Below are positions 36,556 through 45,704 of a DNA stretch of 64,000 nucleotides, in pieces (position 1 is the stretch's first letter; each line of letters starts with the position of its first letter). Below the pieces are notes generated by a model, which did no database searches, had not been told where the DNA came from, and was given only the letters and a program-made list of their open reading frames with translations. Both the position numbers and the translations under genes were made by a program. Source of the stretch: Ilumatobacteraceae bacterium (GTDB taxonomy: Bacteria > Actinomycetota > Acidimicrobiia > Acidimicrobiales > Ilumatobacteraceae); contig JBMUCX010000001.1 in NCBI GenBank assembly GCA_049458915.1, positions 389-64,388 on the forward strand, in the 5' to 3' direction.

Positions 36556-37638
36556 TCAGTCGAGCGACACGAACTCGATCGGCTGATCCAGCAGCGCGGC
36601 GAGGTCCTCGGTCAGTCGCAGTCGGTCCCTCGCCGGCGTGACGACCACGAGACGAGTTCCCCCGACGGCGCCCGGCACCGTGGCCTCCAGCGCGGCCCGG
36701 GCGTCGACGGCGTACGGCACCAGGTCGAGATCGACACCCGACGAGCAAACGACCACCACGAGGCGACCGTCGACGGCGCGACCGGCAGCGACACATGGCA
36801 CGGCGTCCTTCAGGTTCGGTCGTGGCACCGGCGGTTCGGCGGGGGACAGTTCGGATGCACCCACCACGGCCGGGTCCTCCATCACCCGCCACCGGACGAA
36901 CCGCTCCGCAGCGAGACGGTTGAGGGGGTGCGGTGGCGCATCGACGCGACGATGCCGACGGACCGTCTCGACGATCCGCCGAAGCGACTCGACGGTCGGC
37001 ACGTCACCGTGCAACATCTGGAACGCCTCCCGGTCGTGCGCTCCCACCCCGACTTCGAGTCGAGTGGTGCCGAGGTACCGGTCATCGACGACCCGACAAA
37101 CCTCGAGACCGAACACGTCACCGAACAACACCCCGTGCTCCGACTGCGGTTCCGCCCCCGCCTCCGCGATGAGGCCGCGAAACGACTCGTGAGCGGCCGG
37201 AATCGCGGGAGGTGGCTCCAGCGACGCAGGAACGGCCGGGACGAGCAGTCGACCGTCGACGTGCCACACGTCGACCGCCCGTCCGAACGCCGCTGCTCGA
37301 CGGGCCAGGATCCCCGTGTCCTCCTCGGCGAGCACCGACAGACGCTCGGCGCCGGAACGCAGCATCCACGCCAACGCTGCACCGAGCATCGAGCCGGGAC
37401 GCTCGGCGAGCAACACCCATGCCGTGCGGTCGTGCACGAGTGCAGCTCCCGGGGAGAACTCGACGGGTTCGGCAACCTCGGCGCCACCGAGGTGGTCGCG
37501 CACCAGGGCCCGCAGCTTCAACCCGACGAGTCGGCTCCGACGGTCGGCATCGACACTCATCTCCACGACGGTACCGGGCCCGACGCGCCAGAGACCGCCC
37601 GTCGGGCGGTCTCCGAGACGTGCGGTGGCACGAGCCAC
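36556..37638 (-). CDS. Hypothetical protein of about 360 aa inserted between rpmE and prfA
   Basis: The long ORF shows a codon-position GC pattern like its neighbours. I recognised no motif. The start is uncertain (GTG 37638 or ATG 37560); the track start at 37707 would overlap rpmE. Confidence 0.55.
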   Translation of the reverse strand: MARATARLGDRPTGGLWRVGPGTVVEMSVDADRRSRLVGLKLRALVRDHLGGAEVAEPVEFSPGAALVHDRTAWVLLAERPGSMLGAALAWMLRSGAERLSVLAEEDTGILARRAAAFGRAVDVWHVDGRLLVPAVPASLEPPPAIPAAHESFRGLIAEAGAEPQSEHGVLFGDVFGLEVCRVVDDRYLGTTRLEVGVGAHDREAFQMLHGDVPTVESLRRIVETVRRHRRVDAPPHPLNRLAAERFVRWRVMEDPAVVGASELSPAEPPVPRPNLKDAVPCVAAGRAVDGRLVVVVCSSGVDLDLVPYAVDARAALEATVPGAVGGTRLVVVTPARDRLRLTEDLAALLDQPIEFVSLD

Positions 37639-37654
37639 CCGGATCAGGCGATCG

Positions 37655-37867
37655 TCACTTCTTGGTGCGGCTGCCGTAGCGCTTGTTGAAGCGCTCGACA
37701 CGGCCACCGGCGTCGACCAGCTTCTGCTTGCCGGTGTAGAACGGGTGGCACTCGTTGCACAGTTCGAGCAACTGCTCGCCCGGCTTGGTCGAACGGGTCG
37801 TGAACGTGTTGCCGCACGAGCACTTCACGGTCACTTCGTCGTACACGGGGTGGATGTCGGACTTCAT
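37655..37867 (-). CDS. rpmE: 50S ribosomal protein L31 (Zn-ribbon type)
   Basis: The sequence [27 protein letters not shown]...[13 protein letters not shown] has CxC...CxxC. AGGAGA lies upstream of the ATG. Confidence 0.95.
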   Translation of the reverse strand: MKSDIHPVYDEVTVKCSCGNTFTTRSTKPGEQLLELCNECHPFYTGKQKLVDAGGRVERFNKRYGSRTKK

Positions 37868-37938
37868 CTGGATTCTCCTGCGACAGCGGACACGGGATTG
37901 TACCGCCGGGGTCGACGAGTTGTGCCAGGCACCACTCG

Positions 37939-39663
37939 TCACATACCGGGCTGTTTGGCGATTTCGGTCAGGAACTCGTCGTTGGTGCGGAACGTCTTGA
38001 GCCGGTCGACGAGCAGTTCGAGACCCGGCGCGGCGTTGCCGTCCGCGGCGAGACCGGACAGCACCCGACGGAGCTTCCAGACCATCTGCAGTTGCTTGCG
38101 GTCGAAGAGGAGTTCTTCGTGCCGGGTGCTCGAGGCATCGACGTCGATCGCCGGGTAGATCCGCCGCTCGGCGAGCCGGCGGTCGAGGCGCAACTCCATG
38201 TTGCCGGTGCCCTTGAACTCCTCGAACACCGCTTCGTCCATCCGACTGTTGGTCTCGACCAGTGCGGTCGCGAGGATGGTCAGCGATCCGCCTTCCTCGA
38301 CGTTGCGAGCCGCTCCGAAGAAGCGCTTCGGCGGGTAGAGCGCCCCGGCGTCGATACCGCCGGACAGGATCCGGCCACTCGCCGGCGCCGCCAAGTTGTA
38401 GGCGCGGCTGAGACGGGTGATGCCGTCGAGGATCACGACCACGTCCTCGCCGTACTCGACCATCCGCTTCGCCTTCTCGATGCACATCTCGGCGATCTGC
38501 GTGTGCTGGTCACTCGGCTTGTCGAACGTCGAGGCGATGACCTCGCCCTTGACGAGTCGCCTCATGTCGGTGACCTCTTCGGGCCGCTCGTCGATGAGGA
38601 GCACGATCAACTTGCACTCGGGATGGTTCTTCTCGATCGACTGAGCGATCGTCTTCATCACGGTCGTCTTGCCGGCCTTCGGCGGCGACACGATGATGCC
38701 GCGCTGACCCTTGCCGATCGGTGAGACGAGGTCGATGATGCGAGCGGTCATGTTCGACGGGTCGGACGGATCCTCCATCCGCAGGCGCGAGTCCGGGAAC
38801 AGGGCGGTGAGGTCCTCGAACCGGCGCCGCTTCCGGCCCTCCTCGGGCGAGCGACCATTGACCGACTTGATCTCCAGCACCGGAGGGTTCTTCTCGTTGC
38901 GGCTCGCGGCGCGCGACGTCGCCACGACGTGGTCGCCCTTGCGGAGCCCGTACTGCTTCGAGAGTTTGACCGGGATGTACGCATCGCTCTTGCTGGCGAG
39001 GTAGTTGTTCACCCGGACGAAGCCGTACCCCTCGTCCCGGATGTCGAGGTATCCCTCGATCTGAACCGGTTCGTTGCTGACGGGCTGGTCCTCGTCGACG
39101 TCGAGCAGATCGCGGTCCTCGCCCTGCGGGCCATCGTCCCGATGCTTCTTCTTCCGGCGACGACGCCGCTTGTTGCGACCCTCGCCATCGCCATCGGGCC
39201 CGCCATCGGACGACCCGCCCTGCCCGTCGCCCGCCTGGGGCCGCGGACCACCACCCTGACCACCACCCTGACCACCACCGGGCCGCTGCTCGCGCTGCGG
39301 CCGCTGGCCGTCACGCTGGCCGGCCGGGCGGCTCGAGCCGGTGGCCTCGGTCGGTGTCGATTCCGGGGGCTGCGACGCACCGGTGGCCTCGGGTGATTCC
39401 GCGTCGACGTCGAGTTCCCACTCCGCCTTCGGTTCCTCGACCGGGGGTGCGGCCGGGGCTGGCGCTGCGGCCGGTGCTGGCGCTGCGGCCGGAGTCGGGG
39501 CTGCGGCCGGAGCCGGCGCTGCGGTCTTGGCGAGGATCTGCTCGATGATCTCGGCCTTCTTCGACCGGGCGTTCGCCTTGACGCCGAGCGCTTCGGCGAT
39601 CTGGATCAACTGCGTCTTGTCCTTGGACTCGAGCATCGATTGTTCGAGAGCTTGGGCGGCCAT
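37939..39663 (-). CDS. rho: Transcription termination factor Rho with an extended low-complexity N-terminal insertion
   Basis: Walker A is SPPKAGKTT, with C-terminal ATPase motifs. The N-terminus has (A/P)-rich and G/Q/R/D-rich tracts ([15 protein letters not shown]..., [15 protein letters not shown]). Confidence 0.95.
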   Translation of the reverse strand: MAAQALEQSMLESKDKTQLIQIAEALGVKANARSKKAEIIEQILAKTAAPAPAAAPTPAAAPAPAAAPAPAAPPVEEPKAEWELDVDAESPEATGASQPPESTPTEATGSSRPAGQRDGQRPQREQRPGGGQGGGQGGGPRPQAGDGQGGSSDGGPDGDGEGRNKRRRRRKKKHRDDGPQGEDRDLLDVDEDQPVSNEPVQIEGYLDIRDEGYGFVRVNNYLASKSDAYIPVKLSKQYGLRKGDHVVATSRAASRNEKNPPVLEIKSVNGRSPEEGRKRRRFEDLTALFPDSRLRMEDPSDPSNMTARIIDLVSPIGKGQRGIIVSPPKAGKTTVMKTIAQSIEKNHPECKLIVLLIDERPEEVTDMRRLVKGEVIASTFDKPSDQHTQIAEMCIEKAKRMVEYGEDVVVILDGITRLSRAYNLAAPASGRILSGGIDAGALYPPKRFFGAARNVEEGGSLTILATALVETNSRMDEAVFEEFKGTGNMELRLDRRLAERRIYPAIDVDASSTRHEELLFDRKQLQMVWKLRRVLSGLAADGNAAPGLELLVDRLKTFRTNDEFLTEIAKQPGM

Positions 39664-39985
39664 CGTGACCTTCTTTCGTGGGACCGGGTCGCGTACCCGG
39701 ACCGACGCCGGGCAGCACGGCGGGTCGATCCGCCGACCGGGAGATGATGAGGTGAGGTACCAGCAGGAGCAGATGCACCTGGCTCACGACCACCGACGGC
39801 CGTGCCGACCCGAGCGCGACCCACGGGAACGGACGAACGGGCACCGCCGAGCGGGAACGTTTCCGGGGGGCGAGATCCGGATCGGACCTCGATCGTCCGA
39901 AGACGTGCCCCGGACAGTCCGTACTGTAGCCAGTCGTCCTGCTCCGATGCAACGCGGCTCCGAACAGGTGTGCGGTCGGGTCCGC

Positions 39986-41380
39986 TCAGGTGGTGACCCG
40001 GGCAACCGATCGGACGAACGACTGGATCGTGGCGAGATCGGCCGGCAGGGTCCGCGTCCGCTCCGGGCGCTCGAGCAGGTCGGCGAGAAAGGCCGGCAAC
40101 TCCGGCCGGATCCCGGTCGCTCGCTCCACGGCATCGGGGAACTTCGCTGGGTGGGCGGTGGCGAGCGTGACGGTGGCTCGGCGATCATCACCCGCGAAAC
40201 GACGGACCGCCGCGGTCCCGGTTGCAGTGTGTGGATCGATCAGCATCCCCGTGTCGGCGTACACGCGCCCGATCTCGGCGAGCGTCGAGTCGTCGTCGCA
40301 CGCCGCCGCACGGAACGTGCCGTCGATGTACGAAGCCCGACGAGTCGGATCGACGTCGAGCCGACCCGACCTCCGGAACGCCGAGAGTTGATCAGCGGTC
40401 GCCGTGCCGTCGCGGTCGTTCATCTCGAACAGCAGTCGTTCGAAGTTCGACGACACCTGGATGTCCATGCTCGGACTGATGGTCGGCACCACGTCTCGGG
40501 TCGACATGTCACCCTGGCCGATGAACCTGGTCAGGATGTCGTTGGCGTTCGAGGCGACGATGAAGTCGCGAATCGGGGCTCCGGTACGCCGGGCGATCCA
40601 CCCCGACAGGACGTTGCCGAAGTTGCCCGTCGGCACGCAGAAGGTCACGTCGTCGGCGAGCGCACGCGAGGCCGTCACGTAGTAGACGACCTGCGCCATC
40701 ACCCGGGCCCAGTTGATGGAGTTGACGGCCGACAAGTGCAGGTCGTCACGGAAGGCGCCATCGGCGAACATCGCCTTGACGAGGTCCTGGCAGTCGTCGA
40801 ACGTGCCCTCCACCGCCACCGTGTGCACGTTGGGGCTGTCGACGGTCGTCATCTGACGACGCTGGACCTCGCTCGTGCGTCCCGCCGGGTAGAGGATCAC
40901 GATGTCGACGTGATCGCAACCCTTGACGCCGTCGATCGCCGCTGAACCCGTATCGCCACTGGTCGCACCGACGATCGTGATCCGATCGCCGCGAGCGGCG
41001 AGCACGTGGTCGAACATCCTCCCGACGAGTTGCAGTGCGATGTCCTTGAAGGCGAGCGTCGGGCCGTGGAACAACTCGAGGACGAAGTGGTCGTCGTCGA
41101 TCTGGACGAGCGGGGCGACCGCCGGATGGCGAAACGTCCCGTAGGCCTCGGTGCAGAGTCGGCCGACTTCATCGGGCGTGAGGATCGCCGCCGGGTCATC
41201 GCCGACGAAGGTCGACACGACGGCCGCCGCCACCTGTTCGTAGGCCGTGACGCCCCCGAGGTCGGGCAGTGTCGGCCACCGCTCGGGAACATAGAGTCCG
41301 CCGTCCCGGGCCAAGCCGGCGAGCAACACGTCGGCGAACCCGAGTTCCGGCGCCCGGCCGCGCGTCGAGACGTACCGCAT
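39986..41380 (-). CDS. thrC: Threonine synthase
   Basis: The sequence has MRYVSTRG... and the PLP lysine region (PTLAFKD), in a 464-aa protein. Confidence 0.92.
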   Translation of the reverse strand: MRYVSTRGRAPELGFADVLLAGLARDGGLYVPERWPTLPDLGGVTAYEQVAAAVVSTFVGDDPAAILTPDEVGRLCTEAYGTFRHPAVAPLVQIDDDHFVLELFHGPTLAFKDIALQLVGRMFDHVLAARGDRITIVGATSGDTGSAAIDGVKGCDHVDIVILYPAGRTSEVQRRQMTTVDSPNVHTVAVEGTFDDCQDLVKAMFADGAFRDDLHLSAVNSINWARVMAQVVYYVTASRALADDVTFCVPTGNFGNVLSGWIARRTGAPIRDFIVASNANDILTRFIGQGDMSTRDVVPTISPSMDIQVSSNFERLLFEMNDRDGTATADQLSAFRRSGRLDVDPTRRASYIDGTFRAAACDDDSTLAEIGRVYADTGMLIDPHTATGTAAVRRFAGDDRRATVTLATAHPAKFPDAVERATGIRPELPAFLADLLERPERTRTLPADLATIQSFVRSVARVTT

Positions 41381-41385
41381 CCGGA

Positions 41386-42681
41386 TCAGGCTCCGATGAC
41401 GCGGATGAAGCTGCCGACGCGTCGGACGGCATCGAGGTCCCGGAGCAGGCGGATGGTCGCCTGGACCGACGCCTCGCGAGCCTCGTGGGTGATGAAGACG
41501 AGGCGGGCGTCGGGGCCGTTACCTTCTTGCTCGGCGGCACGGATGCTCACGCCCTGGGCGGCGAAGGCACCGGTGACGGCGTGGAGCACCCCGGGTTGGT
41601 CGGCGACGTCGAGTGAGATCAGGTACTCGGCGCTGGTCTCATCGATCGCCCGGATCGCGGCTCGGCCGAACCTGCCGAGCGCCCCGTGCGTCCGCTGAGA
41701 CGAGTTGACCGCTGCATCGATCACGTCACCGAGCACCGCCGATGCGGTCGGGCTCCCGCCGGCGCCACGTCCGTAGAACATGAGTTGCCCGACGGCGTCA
41801 CCCTCGACGAACACGGCGTTGAAGCTGTCGCGCACGCTGGCGAGCGGATGGTGGAGCGGGACCATCGCCGGGTGCACGCGCACGGCGATCTCGCCCGTCG
41901 CCGGGTCGCGCTCGGCGATACCGAGCAGCTTCACCACGTAACCGAGCCGCTGGGCGACGGCGATGTCGGCTGCGGTGATGCCGCTGATGCCCTCGTGATA
42001 GACGTCGCCGGCGACGACCTTCGCCCCGAACGCGATCGAGGCGATGATGGCTGCCTTGGCCCCGGCATCGAATCCCTCGACATCGGCGGTCGGGTCACGC
42101 TCGGCGAAGCCGAGTTCCTGCGCCTCGGCGAGTGCCTCGCCGTAGTCGGCGCCCTCGTCGCTCATCTTGGTCAAGATGAAGTTGGTGGTCCCGTTGAGGA
42201 TTCCCATGACCCGGGTGATCGGCTCGCCCCGCAGGCTCTCGCGCAGCGGGCGGATCAGCGGGATCCCACCGGCGACCGCTGCTTCGAACAGCAGGTCGAC
42301 GCCGTGCTCGTCGGCGAGCGCGAACAGTTCGGCGCCGACGTTGGCGAGGAGTTCCTTGTTCCCGGTCACGACCGGCTTGCCCGACGAGAGTGCCGTTGCG
42401 ATCAACTCCCGGGCCGGCTCGATCCCGCCGATCACCTCGACGACGAGGTCGACGTCGGGATCGGTGACGACCGCCATGGCATCACGCGTGAGGACCCCGT
42501 CGGCCATCACGATCCCGCGGTCGCGCGACATGTTGCGGACCGCGATCCGGGTGATCTCGAGGCGGAGGCCGGTCCTGGCCTCGATGGCATCGGCCTGACG
42601 CTCGACGAGGGGGACGAGCGCGCTCCCGACATTGCCGCAGCCGAGCAGGCCGATCCGGATCGTTCGTCGTTCGTTCGCCAC
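41386..42681 (-). CDS. hom: Homoserine dehydrogenase
   Basis: IRIGLLGCGNVGSA (NAD fold) and a C-terminal ACT domain are present. The start is placed at GTG 42681, because the ATG at 42750 would collide with the divergent crotonase start. Confidence 0.9.
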   Translation of the reverse strand: MANERRTIRIGLLGCGNVGSALVPLVERQADAIEARTGLRLEITRIAVRNMSRDRGIVMADGVLTRDAMAVVTDPDVDLVVEVIGGIEPARELIATALSSGKPVVTGNKELLANVGAELFALADEHGVDLLFEAAVAGGIPLIRPLRESLRGEPITRVMGILNGTTNFILTKMSDEGADYGEALAEAQELGFAERDPTADVEGFDAGAKAAIIASIAFGAKVVAGDVYHEGISGITAADIAVAQRLGYVVKLLGIAERDPATGEIAVRVHPAMVPLHHPLASVRDSFNAVFVEGDAVGQLMFYGRGAGGSPTASAVLGDVIDAAVNSSQRTHGALGRFGRAAIRAIDETSAEYLISLDVADQPGVLHAVTGAFAAQGVSIRAAEQEGNGPDARLVFITHEAREASVQATIRLLRDLDAVRRVGSFIRVIGA

Positions 42682-42748
42682 GAGCCGCAGGCTAGTGGCC
42701 GGTCGACCCGGGTCGTCCGGGTCGGGGTCGACGTGGTTGAGTGACGTC

Positions 42749-43531
42749 ATGCGCAAGCCTCGCCTCACGACACTTCGTCTCGTCCACCGTTCCGACGACG
42801 CCGTCGCGACGATCCTGTTGAATCGGCCGGATCGGCTCAATGCCCTGTCGCGGGTCCTGCTCGCCGAGATCGTCGAAGCATGCCGCTGGCTCGACTCGAC
42901 CCACGAGATCAAGGCGGTGGTGGTTCGTGGCGAAGGTCGGGCGTTCTCGGCCGGGTTCGATCTGTCCGATTTCCGACAGTTGGAGGGCGCCTCGAATCCG
43001 CGCGACACGGCTGACCTCGGACGAATCGCCGCCGAGGCGTTGACCGAGGTCCGGCCCATGACGATCGCCGCCGTCCACGGGCACTGCGTCGGCGGCGGGC
43101 TCGTGCTCGCTGCGGCGTGCGATCTGCGGATCGCGTCGGACGATGTCCGATTCTCCATCCCCGAGGTCGACCTCGGGATCCCGCTCGCCTGGGGTGGCAT
43201 CCCTCGACTCGTCCGCGAGCTCGGACCGGCGGTCACCAAGGAGTTGGTGCTGACCTGTCGACCGTTCGGGGCCGACGAGGCGCTCGGCCTCCGGTTCCTG
43301 AACCGAGTCGTACCTCGGGACGAACTCGTCGGTGCCGCCGAGTCGCTGGCGGGCGAGTTGGCGAGCAAGCCGGCCTTCTCGCTGCGGGCGACCAAGATGC
43401 ACGTGAACGCGGTGATGAACGAGATCGCCGGGGTCGGGCGCAACGCGAACGACGCCGATTCCCTCGTCGCCGCTCTCCACGACCCCGAATCCCGGGCGGC
43501 GAGCCGCAACTACCTGCAGTCCCGCTCCTGA
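42749..43531 (+). CDS. Enoyl-CoA hydratase/isomerase family protein
   Basis: ILLNRPDRLNAL and FSAGFDL are present. The stop codon TGA (43529-43531) lies inside the left REP palindrome. Confidence 0.85.
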   Translation: MRKPRLTTLRLVHRSDDAVATILLNRPDRLNALSRVLLAEIVEACRWLDSTHEIKAVVVRGEGRAFSAGFDLSDFRQLEGASNPRDTADLGRIAAEALTEVRPMTIAAVHGHCVGGGLVLAAACDLRIASDDVRFSIPEVDLGIPLAWGGIPRLVRELGPAVTKELVLTCRPFGADEALGLRFLNRVVPRDELVGAAESLAGELASKPAFSLRATKMHVNAVMNEIAGVGRNANDADSLVAALHDPESRAASRNYLQSRS

Positions 43532-43561
43532 CCACGAGGTGTCAGACACCTCGTGGTCAGG
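43527..43561. repeat. REP-like palindrome (15-bp arms, 5-nt loop), left flank of the RAYT
   Basis: The sequence is cctgaccacgaggtg tcaga cacctcgtggtcagg. It contains the stop codons of both convergent flanking genes. Confidence 0.9.
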
Positions 43562-44351
43562 CGATGAGGCGATCGACGGCGTACCGCAGGCCCGGCTCGG
43601 CGACCACCCTTCCTCTGGCTCGCCGCAGCGCCCGCTGAACGGTGTCGCTCCGGCCGGAGGCGAGGTGCTCGAGTAACGCGGGCGCGGTCGTGCCCAGTTC
43701 GTCGGCCACGGCGAGCAATACGGTCCTCGCCAGTCGAGGCGCCGGGACGAGCTCGTCGGCGAACTCCTCGACCGCGAACTCCGCCAAGATCTCGAGGAGT
43801 ACCGGATCGAGTTCCCCGAGCGGCCGGACCATGGCAGCGACGAACGCCGCACGATCGTCGCCGTGGAGTCCGAGCACGACATCGGTTCGCAGCCACGACG
43901 GCGCTGCCCGATGCCCCAGGTACGTCCGGAGACTGGACCAGCGATACGACTCGACCGCCCGTCGGCCCGACAACACCGCCGGGTTGAGATGCACGTAGTG
44001 CGTCGCTGCGACGAGATAGGCGTCGGTGTCGATCTCCTTGGATCGGAAGCGGCCTCTCAGGATCGGGCCGTCGTTCCCGTGCCGGCGGTTGAACCTCCGG
44101 GTGACGACCGCCTGGAGCCACTGCATCATCGTCGACAGGTTGCCGTCGGGGCAGTGCACCACGAGGTGGAAGTGATTCGGCATCAGGCAGTAGGCGTGCA
44201 CCTCGATGTCGTGACGCTCGCACGCCTCACCGAGAGCTGCGCCGAACCCGACCCGATCGGCATCCGACGTGAAGATGTCGCGCCGTCCGGCTCCACGGTT
44301 CATCACGTGGAACCACCCGACCTGTCGATGCTGCCGCAGCGCTCGCCCCAT
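43557..44351 (-). mobile_element. REP-associated tyrosine transposase (RAYT, IS200/IS605 Y1 HUH family) with a C-terminal DnaA_C-like HTH tail
   Basis: The HUH motif is in YCLMPNHFHLVV and the catalytic Tyr region is THYVHLNP. The start is at ATG 44351 (MGRALRQ...FHVMNRG). The gene is flanked by inverted palindromic repeats. Confidence 0.85.
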
Positions 44352-44386
44352 CACCTGATCGTGATGACGGGGTGTGACGCAGTTGG

Positions 44387-45688
44387 TCAGGACCACGAGG
44401 TGTCTGACACCTCGTGGAGGTCGGTGGCGAGGAGGTCGTCGAAGGTCTCGCGGCGGATGACCAGTCGGGCGTCGCCGTCGCGTGCGAACACCACGGGCGG
44501 GCGGGTGATCGAGTTGTAGTTCGAGCCCATCGACCGCGAGTACGCCCCGGTCACTGGTGTCGCCACGAGGTCGCCGACGGCGACGTCGGACGGCAGTCGG
44601 GCCTCGAACAGCAGCACGTCACCACTCTCGCAGTGCTTCCCCACCAGACGACCCGACGCAGTGCGTTCGGCGAACGGTGCACGCGGCAGGAACGCCTCGT
44701 ACCCGGATCCGTAGAGCACCGGCCGAGGGTTGTCACTCATCCCGCCGTCGACCGCCCAATAGGTCCGCACCCCTGGAATCGGCTTGATCGTGCCCAGCGT
44801 GTACACGGTCACCGCTGCGCCGGCGACGATCGAACGGCCCGGCTCGACGCTCACGTCCGCAGTGACTCCGAGCGATGCACACGCATCGCGCACGACGTGG
44901 CCCCACTGCGTGATCGTCGGCGCCTCCTCCGTCTCGACGTAGGCCACACCCAACCCACCGCCGACCACCAACTCGGGGAGTCCGAGCGGCGCAGCGAATC
45001 CGGCCATGACCTCGATCGCCTTGGCGAAACTCGAGGCGGCGAACACGTTCGAACCGATGTGACAGTGCACGCCGACCAGTTCGACACCCGGCGACGTCTC
45101 GGCACGACGCACCGCCCGGAGAGCGTCGCCGTTCGCGAGGTTGAACCCGAACTTGGAGTCGTCCTGCCCGGTGGAGATGAACTCGTGGGTGTGCGCGTGG
45201 ACCCCGGGCGTCACGCGGATCAGCACGCTCGGCGCCGGACCGGTGCCAGCGGCGTGCAGTGCGTCGAGACGATCGAGTTCGTCGAATGAATCGACGACGA
45301 TCCGGCCGACACCCTCGGTGACCGCCCGTCGCAACTCGTCGACGCTCTTGTTGTTGCCGTGCAGGACCAACGACGCCGGTGGCACGCCGGCCGCCAGGGC
45401 GATGTGCAACTCGCCACCGGTCGCCACGTCGAGACGGAGCCCTTCGTCGTGGGCGAGTCGGGCCATCGCACGACACAGGAACGCCTTGGTCGCGTACACG
45501 ACATTGCCGGCACCGAACGCGGCCACGGCTTCCCGGCACCGGTTGCGGAGATGCTCCTCGTCGTAGACGAGCACCGGCGTACCGAACTCGGCAGCGAGAT
45601 CCTGCAGCGAGCAGCCGCCGATCGTGAGCCAACCGTCCTCGCCGACGACTGCCGAGTCGGGCAGCAGCCGAGGCGGGAGAGCCGTCAC
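44387..45688 (-). CDS. lysA: Diaminopimelate decarboxylase
   Basis: The PLP-binding region YATKAF and the motifs CESGD and GAYSRSM are present. The start is placed at GTG 45688, 17 nt after the upstream stop. The last 9 codons are encoded by the REP element. Confidence 0.9.
   Translation of the reverse strand: MTALPPRLLPDSAVVGEDGWLTIGGCSLQDLAAEFGTPVLVYDEEHLRNRCREAVAAFGAGNVVYATKAFLCRAMARLAHDEGLRLDVATGGELHIALAAGVPPASLVLHGNNKSVDELRRAVTEGVGRIVVDSFDELDRLDALHAAGTGPAPSVLIRVTPGVHAHTHEFISTGQDDSKFGFNLANGDALRAVRRAETSPGVELVGVHCHIGSNVFAASSFAKAIEVMAGFAAPLGLPELVVGGGLGVAYVETEEAPTITQWGHVVRDACASLGVTADVSVEPGRSIVAGAAVTVYTLGTIKPIPGVRTYWAVDGGMSDNPRPVLYGSGYEAFLPRAPFAERTASGRLVGKHCESGDVLLFEARLPSDVAVGDLVATPVTGAYSRSMGSNYNSITRPPVVFARDGDARLVIRRETFDDLLATDLHEVSDTSWS
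44391..44417. repeat. REP-like palindrome, right flank of the RAYT (inverted copy of the left one)
   Basis: The sequence is gaccacgaggtg tctga cacctcgtgg. Its reverse complement is identical to 43532-43558 over 27 nt. It lies inside the last codons of lysA. Confidence 0.9.
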
Positions 45689-45704
45689 GCGCAGCAGGCT
45701 ACCG

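Noticed and set aside
42682-43509. Upstream extension of the hom ORF to 707 aa
   Set aside because: The extension is antisense to the crotonase gene and is Ser/Arg/Ala-rich. Homoserine dehydrogenase homology starts at the NAD fold near 42650.
44352-44396. Upstream ATG for the RAYT (MVLTNCVTPRHHDQV...)
   Set aside because: This start lies inside or adjacent to the right REP palindrome and the lysA 3' end. RAYT homology begins at MGRALRQ (ATG 44351).
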